A stretch of 48,450 bases of DNA from Deltaproteobacteria bacterium (GTDB lineage: Bacteria > Myxococcota_A > Polyangia > Polyangiales > Houyiibacteriaceae). How positions within the stretch are numbered: position 1 is the stretch's first letter; each line of letters starts with the position of its first letter. Positions 1 through 8,468 of the stretch are shown here, piece after piece. A program made the translations under genes and the position numbers. Below the pieces are notes generated by a model. The model was not told where the DNA came from, searched no databases, and worked only from the letters and a program-made list of their open reading frames with translations. Where the stretch lies: assembly GCA_034670305.1 (NCBI GenBank), contig JAXMNT010000058.1, forward strand, positions 1 to 48,450. Reading direction: 5' to 3'.

Positions 1-2
1 CG

Positions 3-122
3 CTGGGCATCGCGCTCCGATTCGCGCCTCGCCGTCGCGAAACACACGGCGTCCACGACGCGGGCAAGGGCACGGGCAAGGGCAACGGCAAGGGAGCAGG
101 TCGCTTTTCAGCGACCTGCTAG
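3..122 (+). CDS. Possible 3' end of a gene entering from the left (partial)
   Basis: Frame 3 reads LGIALRFAPRRRETHGVHDAGKGTGKGNGKGAGRFSATC to TAG at 120-122. The tail is encoded by the repeat element, so coding status is uncertain. Confidence 0.25.
   Translation: MGIALRFAPRRRETHGVHDAGKGTGKGNGKGAGRFSATC
59..122 (+). repeat. (GGGCAA)-like hexamer run plus hairpin element, copy 1
   Basis: cgcgggcaa gggcac gggcaa gggcaa cggcaa ggg followed by agcaggtcgct-tttc-agcgacctgct. Resembles the reverse complement of 48322-48402. Confidence 0.7.
95..120. terminator. Perfect 11-bp stem hairpin at the DUF1552 stop; terminator- or REP-like
   Basis: agcaggtcgct (95-105), 4-nt loop, agcgacctgct (110-120), overlapping the stop codon at 119-121. 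Confidence 0.5.
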
Positions 123-1552
123 TCGAGGGAGTGGAGCGGGCCGGTGCCTTCGATGCCGAAGGTCATCGCGTCGGACTTGCCGACCGCTTGGAGCATGGAG
201 ACGTAGAGGTCCGCGATGGGCTCTCCGTCGTACACGATGTGACGGCCCGGGCGATGGGCACCGCAGCCCCTGCCACCGAGCAAGAGCGGCAGGTTCGTGT
301 GACGGTGCACCGGACCCGACGCACGCGGGGTGAGGTCGCCGACGCCGTCGCCACTGCCGTGGCCGGTGCCGTCGAGTCCGCCGCCGAACATCACCAGTGA
401 GCTGTCGATCAGCGTCGTGCCGTCGCCCTGGGTGAAGCTCTGGAGCTTGTCCATGAGCAGGCCGAACTGCTCGATCTGCCACGCGTTGATCGCTTCGATC
501 TTGCGCACGTCCGAGTCGCCCGCCTCGAGGTGGGAGATGTTGTGGTGTGCGGAGCTGATCGAGGAGCCGTCCACACTGAGGAAGTCGTAGACGCTGTTGC
601 TCTTCTCGAGGTCGAGGCTGACCACGCGGGTGCGGTCGCACTGGAAACCGAGGGCGATGACCTCGAACATCAAGTCGATGTAGTTGCGGAAGTCACCCAT
701 GTCGACGTCGGTGGGTGGATCGCCGGGGTCGCCGCAGGAGCCGGTGCCCTCGGACATGTTCAGCTGCTCTTCGAGCGAGCGGATGCCGGTGAGGTACTGC
801 TCGAGCTTCTCGTTGTCGGCGCTGCCGAGGCGGGCCTGGAGCCGGGTGATGTCCCCGACGACCGAGTCGAGGATGCTGCCCTCGAGCGACAAGCGGCGGG
901 TGCGTTCGGCCAGGGTCTCGCCCGGATCGAAGCCAGCGAAGAGGCGCTCGAAGACCGCGCGGGGGCTGGTCTCCTTGGAGGCCGGCTGGGTGGCGCTGAG
1001 CCACGAGATGTTCGACTTGTAGATCGGGGAGTAGCCCGAGTCGCCGCCGTAGCTGCCCGACCGAGTGGCCAGCGTCAGGGAGGGGATCGGCGTGTAGTCG
1101 CGGAGGTAGTTCGCGGCTTCCTGGTCGATCGAGATGCCGTTGCGGATGTCGCCGCTGACGTCGGTCTTGAGCAAGCGGGCCGCAGTCAAGAACGTGCCGG
1201 TGTCGCGCGCGTGGTCGCCGGGGCCATCGCTCGACTCGGTTCCATCCGGGTAGCGGTAGTACCCGCCGCCCGGGCGGTTGCTGAGTCCGGTGAGGATCGA
1301 GAAGTTGTCGCGGTGACGCTCGATCGGCGCCAGATGCGGCGTCATCGCGTAGCCCGCGCCCGCAGCACTCGGCGTCATGCGGGTCCGGATCATGCCGTTC
1401 GGCACATGGACGAACACGAGCCGGGCCGGTTGGTCACCGGCGGCCTTGGCGCGCTGGACCGAAGGAATCATCGCCTCGAGGAACGGGAGCGACACGACGG
1501 CGCCGGCACCACCGAGGAACGCGCGACGGGAGAGGTTGAACTTCTTGGCCAT
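119..1552 (-). CDS. DUF1552 (HXXSHH) family protein, Tat-exported, paralog 1
   Basis: Starts MAKKFNLSRRAFLGGAGAVVSLPFLEAM (twin-arginine). Contains RLVFVHVPNG, SIDQ, NISW, PRAVFERLF, SILD, DRTRV, AHHNISH and NLPLLLGG. ATG overlaps the upstream stop (TGATG). Confidence 0.9.
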   Translation of the reverse strand: MAKKFNLSRRAFLGGAGAVVSLPFLEAMIPSVQRAKAAGDQPARLVFVHVPNGMIRTRMTPSAAGAGYAMTPHLAPIERHRDNFSILTGLSNRPGGGYYRYPDGTESSDGPGDHARDTGTFLTAARLLKTDVSGDIRNGISIDQEAANYLRDYTPIPSLTLATRSGSYGGDSGYSPIYKSNISWLSATQPASKETSPRAVFERLFAGFDPGETLAERTRRLSLEGSILDSVVGDITRLQARLGSADNEKLEQYLTGIRSLEEQLNMSEGTGSCGDPGDPPTDVDMGDFRNYIDLMFEVIALGFQCDRTRVVSLDLEKSNSVYDFLSVDGSSISSAHHNISHLEAGDSDVRKIEAINAWQIEQFGLLMDKLQSFTQGDGTTLIDSSLVMFGGGLDGTGHGSGDGVGDLTPRASGPVHRHTNLPLLLGGRGCGAHRPGRHIVYDGEPIADLYVSMLQAVGKSDAMTFGIEGTGPLHSLD

Positions 1553-3270
1553 CACTCGCCTCCTTCCAAGGAACCGACAGTTCGGAACACGTCGTCGAGA
1601 ACCAACGACTCGATGAGACCGCGGAGGGTCAGCTCGGGACCGAAGTCCTGGGCGCGCTCGACCACGTCTTTCACGTAACAGTAATCGCTTGGGGTCTGCG
1701 GCGAGCGTCCGATGCCGAAGGTCATCAGTTTCTCGGTGACGCACTGCGCGAAACGTTCGTCCTCGGCGATGATGCTGCCGAGCTCCGCGGCCCCCGAGAG
1801 GGTGCGGCCGTCGGGCAAGACGCCGAAGGAATCGATGTCTTCGCCGTTGTCGGTCTCGCGCCATGCGCCGGTCGCATCGTAGTTCTCGAGGCTGAACCCG
1901 ATCGGGTCCATCAGATCGTGGCAGATGGCGCAGTCCGGGTCCGCGCGGTGGCGTTCGAGGCGCTCCCGAAGCGTCAGGGTCTCCCCCGTGTCGGGATCTT
2001 CCATCTCGTCGGAGAGCGCGTCGACGTTGTCGGGCGGGTCGGCGGGCGGCGCACACAACAGGCGCGCGAGCACGTACTTGCCTCGAAGCACCGGGCTCGT
2101 GCGGTCCGGGTGCGAGGTGGTCATCAAGACCGAACCCTGCCGGAGCAATCCACCGCGCTGCTCGTCCGAGAGGTTCACCAGGCGCATCTCGTCGCCGGTC
2201 ACCCCGCCGATGTCGTAGTGGTTGGCGAGGCGCTCGTTGAGGAAGGTGAAGTTCGCGGTCAACAGCGTGGAGAGCGGCATGCCCTCCCGAATGACGTGCC
2301 GAATGAAGAGGCGGGTCTCTTCGGTCATCGCGGAACGCACCTCGGTGTCGAACTCGGGGAACTGGTCCCAGGACGGCTCGATGGTCCCGATGCGCTCTTC
2401 GTCCACGTCGAGCCAGCGCGCCGCGAACTCTTCGAGCAGCGAGTCGGAGCGGTCGTCGTCGAGCATGCGGTCGACCTGGTCGCGCAGCACGTCTTCGTTC
2501 GCGAGCTCGCCACTCTCCGCGAGCGCGAAGAGTTCGTCGTCCGGCATCGAGGACCAGAGGAAGTAGGAGAGCCGGGAGGCCAGCTCGTATCCGTCGAGGT
2601 CTCGGATCCCGGCCGCGTGGGTCTCGGAGCGGAAGAGGAACTCCGGGCTCAGCAACATCGCGCGGATCGTGAACTGGATGCTCTCGTCGTAGCTGTGGTC
2701 GTCGGATGCGTTGACCGCGATGTCCACGAGCCGGTCGATCTCGGCCGCCTCGACCGGGTGCCGGTACGCCCGGGGCGCGAAGCGCTCCACGAAGTTCGCG
2801 GCGCAGGTGGCGACGCCATCCAGGGCCGGGTCGCAGCCGTCGAAGTGCTCGGTGCGGAACGTCTCGGACGCGACCGCGTTGGCGGCGACGGCGGTGGCGG
2901 CGTTCGCCAAGTTCGCCACGACCAGGTCGTCCACGCTCAACGCATCGGCTTCGTTGGTGAACCCGTCGGCGTTGCGGTTGTCGTCCGGGAACGCGTCGGC
3001 GGGCCGGCTCGAGTCCCCGAAGAGATCCTCGATGGTGTTGTTGTACTCCACCCGGTTGAGGCGGTGGATCGTCACGTACCCAGGCGAGCGCTCGAGCTCG
3101 ACGCAGAAGTTGGGGTCGTCCGGTCGAAGCGGGCCGCCGATGGGCTCTTCGATGTTGCCCTGGCACCCGAAGGCAGACAGGAGCAGCGCGGCGCTGCTGA
3201 GGGAGGCGACCCATGCGGGCAGGCGTGTTGCCTGGGCGTGGAGCGGGGGGGTCCGATGGAGGAGAGGCAT
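1552..3270 (-). CDS. DUF1592/1587/1595/1588/1585 multidomain lipoprotein with CxxCH, paralog 1
   Basis: Lipobox LSAFGC; HRLNRVEYNNTIEDL, SPEFLFR, ELASRLSYFLWSSMPDDEL, RGGLL, TSPVLRG, CAICH, DPIGFSLENYD. AGGAGG lies upstream of ATG 3270. Confidence 0.9.
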   Translation of the reverse strand: MPLLHRTPPLHAQATRLPAWVASLSSAALLLSAFGCQGNIEEPIGGPLRPDDPNFCVELERSPGYVTIHRLNRVEYNNTIEDLFGDSSRPADAFPDDNRNADGFTNEADALSVDDLVVANLANAATAVAANAVASETFRTEHFDGCDPALDGVATCAANFVERFAPRAYRHPVEAAEIDRLVDIAVNASDDHSYDESIQFTIRAMLLSPEFLFRSETHAAGIRDLDGYELASRLSYFLWSSMPDDELFALAESGELANEDVLRDQVDRMLDDDRSDSLLEEFAARWLDVDEERIGTIEPSWDQFPEFDTEVRSAMTEETRLFIRHVIREGMPLSTLLTANFTFLNERLANHYDIGGVTGDEMRLVNLSDEQRGGLLRQGSVLMTTSHPDRTSPVLRGKYVLARLLCAPPADPPDNVDALSDEMEDPDTGETLTLRERLERHRADPDCAICHDLMDPIGFSLENYDATGAWRETDNGEDIDSFGVLPDGRTLSGAAELGSIIAEDERFAQCVTEKLMTFGIGRSPQTPSDYCYVKDVVERAQDFGPELTLRGLIESLVLDDVFRTVGSLEGGE

Positions 3271-3285
3271 GACGGTCCCCTCCTG

Positions 3286-3302
3286 TGCAATGTCGGTACC
3301 AA
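3286..3302 (-). promoter_or_regulatory. Candidate sigma54 (-24/-12) promoter for DUF1592/DUF1552 operon 1
   Basis: Minus strand reads TTGGTAC-CGACA-TTGCA: GG-N10-GC spacing, one mismatch to TGGCAC-N5-TTGCA. Confidence 0.55.
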
Positions 3303-3443
3303 CGTCACCATCGGCGGTTTGGGGCAGATCACCCGCCCGTATCCACCGAACTTCGAGCTTCTTGGAAGGGGGTGGGGGCTGAGACCCACAATGGGGTCCG
3401 CGGCCCCGTGCAGATCTGCGCGGCGACGGGGAGGGTCGCGTGG

Positions 3444-3485
3444 TTGTTGAACAGGGGTCGGGGCGCTTGTTGAACACGGGTCAGG
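3444..3485. promoter_or_regulatory. Tandem 19-bp direct repeat with palindromic TGTT-G-AACA core; candidate regulator site
   Basis: ttgttgaacaggggtcggg (3444-3462) and ttgttgaacacgggtcagg (3467-3485), 23-bp spacing, in the divergent DUF1592/uvrC gap. Confidence 0.5.
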
Positions 3486-3566
3486 ACGGGCCGGCGCCAT
3501 TCGAACCGTCGTTTCTGCCGAACCGCCGCGGTTGCTGCTGTCACACCGCCACGCAATAACCTCCTC

Positions 3567-5537
3567 GTGGCGTTCTCGACGTTGGTCCAACAGAAGCTCG
3601 AGACGTTGCCGACCCAGCCGGGCGTCTACGTCTTTCGAGACGCCGCGCGCAACGTGCTCTACGTCGGCAAGGCGCGGAGCCTGCGTTCGAGGGTCCGCTC
3701 GTACTTTCAGCCGGGCACGAGCGACGTGCGTGCATTCGTCGCGCGGCTCGAAACCGAGCTCGCGGACATCGAGACCTTCGTCGCCGAGAGCGAGAAGGAA
3801 GCGGCGCTGCTCGAGAACCAACTCATCAAGGAGCACCAGCCCCGCTACAACGTGAAGCTGCGCGACGACAAAGAGTTCCTGTCGCTTCGCCTCGATCCGA
3901 AGAAACATTGGCCGCGGCTCGAGGCGGTCCGCAGGCCGCGCGACGACGGGGCGATGTACTTCGGTCCATACCACTCAGCGACGTCCGCGCGTCAGACACT
4001 TCGGCTCGTCAACCGCCACTTCCAGCTGCGCACCTGTACGGACAAGGAACTGACCAGCCGCACCCGACCGTGTCTGCAGCACCAGATCGGTCGGTGCCCT
4101 GCCCCGTGTGTGTTGGAGGTCGATCGAGCCCACTACGACGATCAGGTCGGCAACGTCGCGCTCTTTCTCGAAGGCCGGCACGACGAGCTCATTCGACAGC
4201 TCGAGGAGCGCATGAAACGGGCGGCCGAAGCGCTCGCCTACGAACAGGCCGCGGTCTTGCGCGACCAGATCCGCGCCGTCGACCGGGTGCGCGAAACGCA
4301 ACGCGTGTCTTCGGTGAAGTCGATCGACCAAGACGTGATCGGGTTGTTTCGGCAAGCCGACCAAGCGGAGGTCGCCGTCCTCATGGTCCGCGACGGCAAG
4401 CTCGTTGCGGTGCGCACCTACGACCTGCGCGATCTCTCGCTCCCGGACGACGAGCTCGTCGCCTCGTTTCTGAGCGAGTGGTACGAGCGCGCCACGGTGC
4501 CGGACGAAGTCCTGCTGCCGCTCGAGGTCGAAGCGATGGAGGGACTGGCGGCGGTGTTGGCCGAGCGTCGCGCGAAACAGCCGAGTGCGCGATCTCGCGC
4601 CGCGCCCAAGGTGATCGCACCGCAACGGGGTGCGCGCCGCAAGCTCTTGCAGATGGCCCTCGACAACGCGGCCCACGCGTTCTCCGAGAAGCGGCTCGCC
4701 GAGAAAGATGTCGGCCGACGTCTCGGTGAGATCCAACAGAAGCTCCGTCTGCCGACCTTGCCCGTCCGGATCGAGTGCATCGATGTCTCGCACAGTGGAG
4801 GACAGGACACGGTGGCGGCGATCGTCTCGCTGAAGGACGGTGCGCCGGAGCGAGCGCGCTACCGGACCTACCGGGTGAAGCGGGTGAGCGGCGGCGACGA
4901 CTACGGGGCCATGTACGAAGTGCTCTCCCGGCGCTTCCGCCGCGCGCGCGACGAAGAAGACGGCTGGGCGCTGCCCGACCTGCTCGTCGTCGACGGCGGC
5001 AAGGGACAGCTCGCGGTGGCGCTCGCCGCGCTGACCGATCTGAAGGTCGAGGTCCCGGTGGTCGGATTGGCGAAAGAGAAACCCGAGTTCGTGCGCGCGG
5101 GCGAAGAGACCAAACCGGTGGACCGGGTGTACGTCCCCGGCGCGAAGAACGCGATCGCGGTGCACACCAGTCCGGCGCTGCAACTGCTCGCCTACGCACG
5201 CGATGAAGCCCACCGCGTCAGCAACGCCTACCGGCTGAAGCTCGGCGATCGACGCACGCTGCGGAGCGAGCTCGACGACATCCGAGGCATCGGTCCGAAG
5301 ACCCGCGCGAAGCTGCTCGCCGCCCTCGGTTCGATGAAGGGCGTGCGCGAAGCGACGCTGGAAGAACTGACCGGCGCGGGCGCCACGCAGCGTCAAGCGA
5401 ACGCCATCCTCACCGCGCTGGGTTCGAGACCGCCGGGTTCGAAACCTCCGCCCGCCGCCAACATCTCCGCCGCCGAGCGCGACGCGGTCGACCATGCGTT
5501 CGATGGCGCTGCGGAGGACACGGACGGGGACGAGTAG
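3567..5537 (+). CDS. uvrC: Excinuclease ABC subunit C
   Basis: GIY-YIG N-terminus (PGVYVF...LYVGKARSLRSRVRSYF), UVR domain, RIECIDVSH, DDYGAM, PDLLVVDGGKGQL, RDEAHR and HhH (GIGPKT). Confidence 0.97.
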   Translation: MAFSTLVQQKLETLPTQPGVYVFRDAARNVLYVGKARSLRSRVRSYFQPGTSDVRAFVARLETELADIETFVAESEKEAALLENQLIKEHQPRYNVKLRDDKEFLSLRLDPKKHWPRLEAVRRPRDDGAMYFGPYHSATSARQTLRLVNRHFQLRTCTDKELTSRTRPCLQHQIGRCPAPCVLEVDRAHYDDQVGNVALFLEGRHDELIRQLEERMKRAAEALAYEQAAVLRDQIRAVDRVRETQRVSSVKSIDQDVIGLFRQADQAEVAVLMVRDGKLVAVRTYDLRDLSLPDDELVASFLSEWYERATVPDEVLLPLEVEAMEGLAAVLAERRAKQPSARSRAAPKVIAPQRGARRKLLQMALDNAAHAFSEKRLAEKDVGRRLGEIQQKLRLPTLPVRIECIDVSHSGGQDTVAAIVSLKDGAPERARYRTYRVKRVSGGDDYGAMYEVLSRRFRRARDEEDGWALPDLLVVDGGKGQLAVALAALTDLKVEVPVVGLAKEKPEFVRAGEETKPVDRVYVPGAKNAIAVHTSPALQLLAYARDEAHRVSNAYRLKLGDRRTLRSELDDIRGIGPKTRAKLLAALGSMKGVREATLEELTGAGATQRQANAILTALGSRPPGSKPPPAANISAAERDAVDHAFDGAAEDTDGDE

Positions 5538-5560
5538 CCGAGGCCGAAGCCGACGCCGAG

Positions 5561-5872
5561 TCAGATGTCCGGCGGTTCGCCGAGCAGCGCTTCAGCTTCT
5601 TCCTTCTGGGCGGCTTCGTCTTCGTTCAATGTGAACGTCAAACACGCTTCGAGTTCGTCCAGCGCTCGGCGGGCGCGGGTGAGTCGCTGGGCTGCCCGCT
5701 CGAGGTGTTCTCGTCGCTCCACGATCCAGCCAGGCGCCATCGAGGTCTCGGCTTCTTCCCGCGCGGCTTCCACCGCTTCGACCGCGCGCGCACAGAACGC
5801 GCGCACGTCGTGGTGGTCGATCCGGCGCAACGGGACCGGTGCGGCGGGCGGCTTCGAGGGCTCGTCGGTCAC
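5561..5872 (-). CDS. Small helical hypothetical protein (~103 aa)
   Basis: GTG start overlaps the upstream stop (GTGA). Reads VTDEPSKPP...RRIDHHDVRAFCARAVEAV...LLGEPPDI. Confidence 0.6.
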   Translation of the reverse strand: MTDEPSKPPAAPVPLRRIDHHDVRAFCARAVEAVEAAREEAETSMAPGWIVERREHLERAAQRLTRARRALDELEACLTFTLNEDEAAQKEEAEALLGEPPDI

Positions 5873-6888
5873 TCGCCGTAGATCTGACGCTGCCAGGTCA
5901 CCGGCAGATCGAGGAACCCTTCGCCGTGCAGGTAGCCGTAGATGGTGTTGCACATCACCGCGCAGATCTCCGCGTAGATGCGCGGGTCCGCGGCGAACCG
6001 GAGCGTGTCTTCCTTGAAGTCGTAGTCGGGCTCTTCGCGGAGGCGCCGCTGAAGCGGCGCCGACAGGCCGATCAGCAGCCGGTCCATGAACTTCGTCTCG
6101 AAGGTCTGGCGGAAGCTCGCGAACTGTCCTTCTAGGATCTTGTAGGAGAGCTCGTGGCCGCGCGCGATCTGCGACTGCTGCACGACCTCCCAACAGAAAT
6201 CTCCGAGCCCGTCGCGAAAGTCCTTCATCAAGAACACGAGCAGGACATCTCGGTAGACGACCAACAACCGCTCGAGCTCCGGGCGCGAGTGCGCGAGCAC
6301 ATCGCCGGCGAGCTGCTTCTCGTATCGAGAGAGGCGCTCCATCGCCATCTTCTGCACGCTGACGTCCCGGTACTTGAACTCCATCAAGTCTTCGAGCATG
6401 CGGCCGCTGTAGCGCTGAACCACGGCGAGCAGTGCTTCGTCCGGATACGTGAACTCGACGTCGAAGACTTCCTTCGCGTCGGTGTAGATCTCACTCGTGA
6501 AGTAGAGGTTCGCGATCTTGCGCTGGATGGTCTCGATCTTGTGGCGCAGGAAGTGTTCGCGACGCGCCGACACCATCTTCTCGAGCAGTTCGCGGATCGC
6601 GCGAATCAGCTCGATCTCGACGCCCTGCGCGTCGCTCGGCATCTTCGCCTTCATGCCCGCCCTCTGAAGTTTCTTCAGTTCCTCGACCACCTTCGCGGTG
6701 ATGGCGTCGAGTTCGGCGTTGGTCTCGAGGGTCGGGTCGACGTACACGATCCGCGCGCGCAGCTGCTCGTCGCGCAGACGCATGGCGGCCTTGGCGAGCG
6801 CCATGCGGTCCTTCGTCCCCTTCGGCACGGCCGGGGGCACGCTTCCGGAGATCGGAGGTGGGGGCGGTGGCGGTTTGCCTTGCGTCAT
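5869..6888 (-). CDS. Hypothetical cytoplasmic alpha-helical protein (~339 aa)
   Basis: Natural-looking C-terminal part of ORF 5869-8421, starting at MTQGKPPPPPPP. No family recognised. Confidence 0.8.
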   Translation of the reverse strand: MTQGKPPPPPPPISGSVPPAVPKGTKDRMALAKAAMRLRDEQLRARIVYVDPTLETNAELDAITAKVVEELKKLQRAGMKAKMPSDAQGVEIELIRAIRELLEKMVSARREHFLRHKIETIQRKIANLYFTSEIYTDAKEVFDVEFTYPDEALLAVVQRYSGRMLEDLMEFKYRDVSVQKMAMERLSRYEKQLAGDVLAHSRPELERLLVVYRDVLLVFLMKDFRDGLGDFCWEVVQQSQIARGHELSYKILEGQFASFRQTFETKFMDRLLIGLSAPLQRRLREEPDYDFKEDTLRFAADPRIYAEICAVMCNTIYGYLHGEGFLDLPVTWQRQIYGE

Positions 6889-7016
6889 GTAGTTAGGGTG
6901 CCGGGGCGCCGCCCAACGATCAACGGCAGAGATCCATGTCGTGCCGGGGTCACGCCCCTTGCTGCTGACCCCGCCGCGACGTCGTCCCCGGCTCTGAGAC
7001 TTGGTCTCGTCGGGAG

Positions 7017-8468
7017 TCAGCGCAGAAGTTCGGCCGCGACCCCACGTTGATACGCCGGGTTCGGGTTGCCGAGCGTGGTCAGTCCGGTGGTGCCCATGCC
7101 GTGTGCGAGCGCCATCAGCATGCCGACGTGTTTGTGGTAGCTGTCGACTTCGTTGCCCCACGTGAGCCGCTGACCGCTCCGCAGGTAGTCGCCGAGCTGA
7201 CCGAAGAGCATCACCGGCATGTCGCGCGCGTTGTGGTTCCGGCCGAACTCCATGCCCACCGCGACCGCGCTGTCGCGCAGGATGTTGGGCGCCTCGCTGC
7301 CGTCGCCGCGAAGGGCACCGAGCAACTCGGTGACCCGTTGCGCATACCAGTTCATGAAGAGCGGCACGTTGGACTCGTCCCAATGGGTGTAGCTGTGGTG
7401 GTCGCTGCCCGAGTTCGAGTCGCCGCTCTCGCCCACGAACCCGAGCCCGAGCTCCGGGATCTGGAACCGGCTCGCCACGCCACCGAACTGGATGTTCACC
7501 ACGTGGGTGCGCTGCAGCCGCAGCGACGCGTTGATGATGCGCACCCACTGGTCCCAGACGGCCGGGTGGTTGGTCGGCGCGGTGTCCATCGATCCGGGTG
7601 GATCGGGAACCATCGCAGGATCGATGACGGTCTCGTCCATGAAGCTGAGTTCCAGCTCGCGGATCGACTGCAGGTGCTCTTCGAGGATGCGGCGGCCTTC
7701 CGCCGGAAGCGTGCGCTGAATGCCGGCCAACTCCGCGCTCGGCACATCCAGAATGCTGCGGCCGAAGGCCTGCAGGTCTTCCAGCGAATCGCCGCCACCC
7801 ATCTCGACGAAGTCCCGGAACATCTGGGCGAAGCCGTCTTGCGGTTGGTTGTGCTGCGACACCGGGTCGAGCGCGCGGCTGTAGGTCGCGCCGAGCGTGT
7901 AGTCCGCGGGTGTGCCGGTGTAGACCGCGGGCAGACGGAAGCTGCTGCCGGTCATCTTGATGTTCAGAGACTTGCGGAGCGGGTCGGTGATGTGCCCCTT
8001 CTCGAGCAGATCCCACGCCACGATTTGATCGATGGAGGGCGCCATGCCCGCGCGGCCCGCGCCGTCGACCGCATGCGGTACTTCGCCGCTGTACATCACC
8101 GCGCCGGGTGCGACGTGTCCACCGTGGTCGCCGGTGTAGTCGGCGTTGATCATGCCCTGGAAGCCGTACTCGTCGAAGACGATCATGTCGTCTTTGAACG
8201 CCATGTAGGGCTCGTAGCCAAACGCGAGGCGGTAGTCGTCGCCGGCGCCGAGGATGTACTCGTTCGAGGCGACCTTGCCGTTCGGCAAGAAGATCAAGAT
8301 GAGGTTCCGACGACCGACCATCGCCTGGGCTTCGGCCATGTCGTCCCAGTACTTGGCGACCGGCGCGAGCAGGCTGGCGAGCACGGAGTTGCGCAGGAAG
8401 GTGCGCCGCTTCGAACGCCAACCGTTGACCGAGCGCACCGCGCTGGACCGTTTCTTCGGGGACTTCAT
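7017..8468 (-). CDS. DUF1552 family protein, divergent paralog 2
   Basis: KRRTFL twin-arginine, LILIFLPNG, PSIDQ, RSILD, DHHSYTH, EFG...H...MPVMLFG. Start overlaps the upstream stop (ATGA). Confidence 0.85.
   Translation of the reverse strand: MKSPKKRSSAVRSVNGWRSKRRTFLRNSVLASLLAPVAKYWDDMAEAQAMVGRRNLILIFLPNGKVASNEYILGAGDDYRLAFGYEPYMAFKDDMIVFDEYGFQGMINADYTGDHGGHVAPGAVMYSGEVPHAVDGAGRAGMAPSIDQIVAWDLLEKGHITDPLRKSLNIKMTGSSFRLPAVYTGTPADYTLGATYSRALDPVSQHNQPQDGFAQMFRDFVEMGGGDSLEDLQAFGRSILDVPSAELAGIQRTLPAEGRRILEEHLQSIRELELSFMDETVIDPAMVPDPPGSMDTAPTNHPAVWDQWVRIINASLRLQRTHVVNIQFGGVASRFQIPELGLGFVGESGDSNSGSDHHSYTHWDESNVPLFMNWYAQRVTELLGALRGDGSEAPNILRDSAVAVGMEFGRNHNARDMPVMLFGQLGDYLRSGQRLTWGNEVDSYHKHVGMLMALAHGMGTTGLTTLGNPNPAYQRGVAAELLR

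Noticed and set aside
1553-3214. Long N-terminal extension of ORF 119-3214 (likewise 5869-8421 and 17332-19284)
   Set aside because: Arg/Pro-rich off-frame read of the neighbouring real gene; proper starts exist downstream.
3444-3485. Myxobacterial LexA box upstream of uvrC
   Set aside because: Only the GTTCA half matches; the rest and the spacing do not fit the Myxococcus consensus as I recall it. Kept only as an unassigned site.
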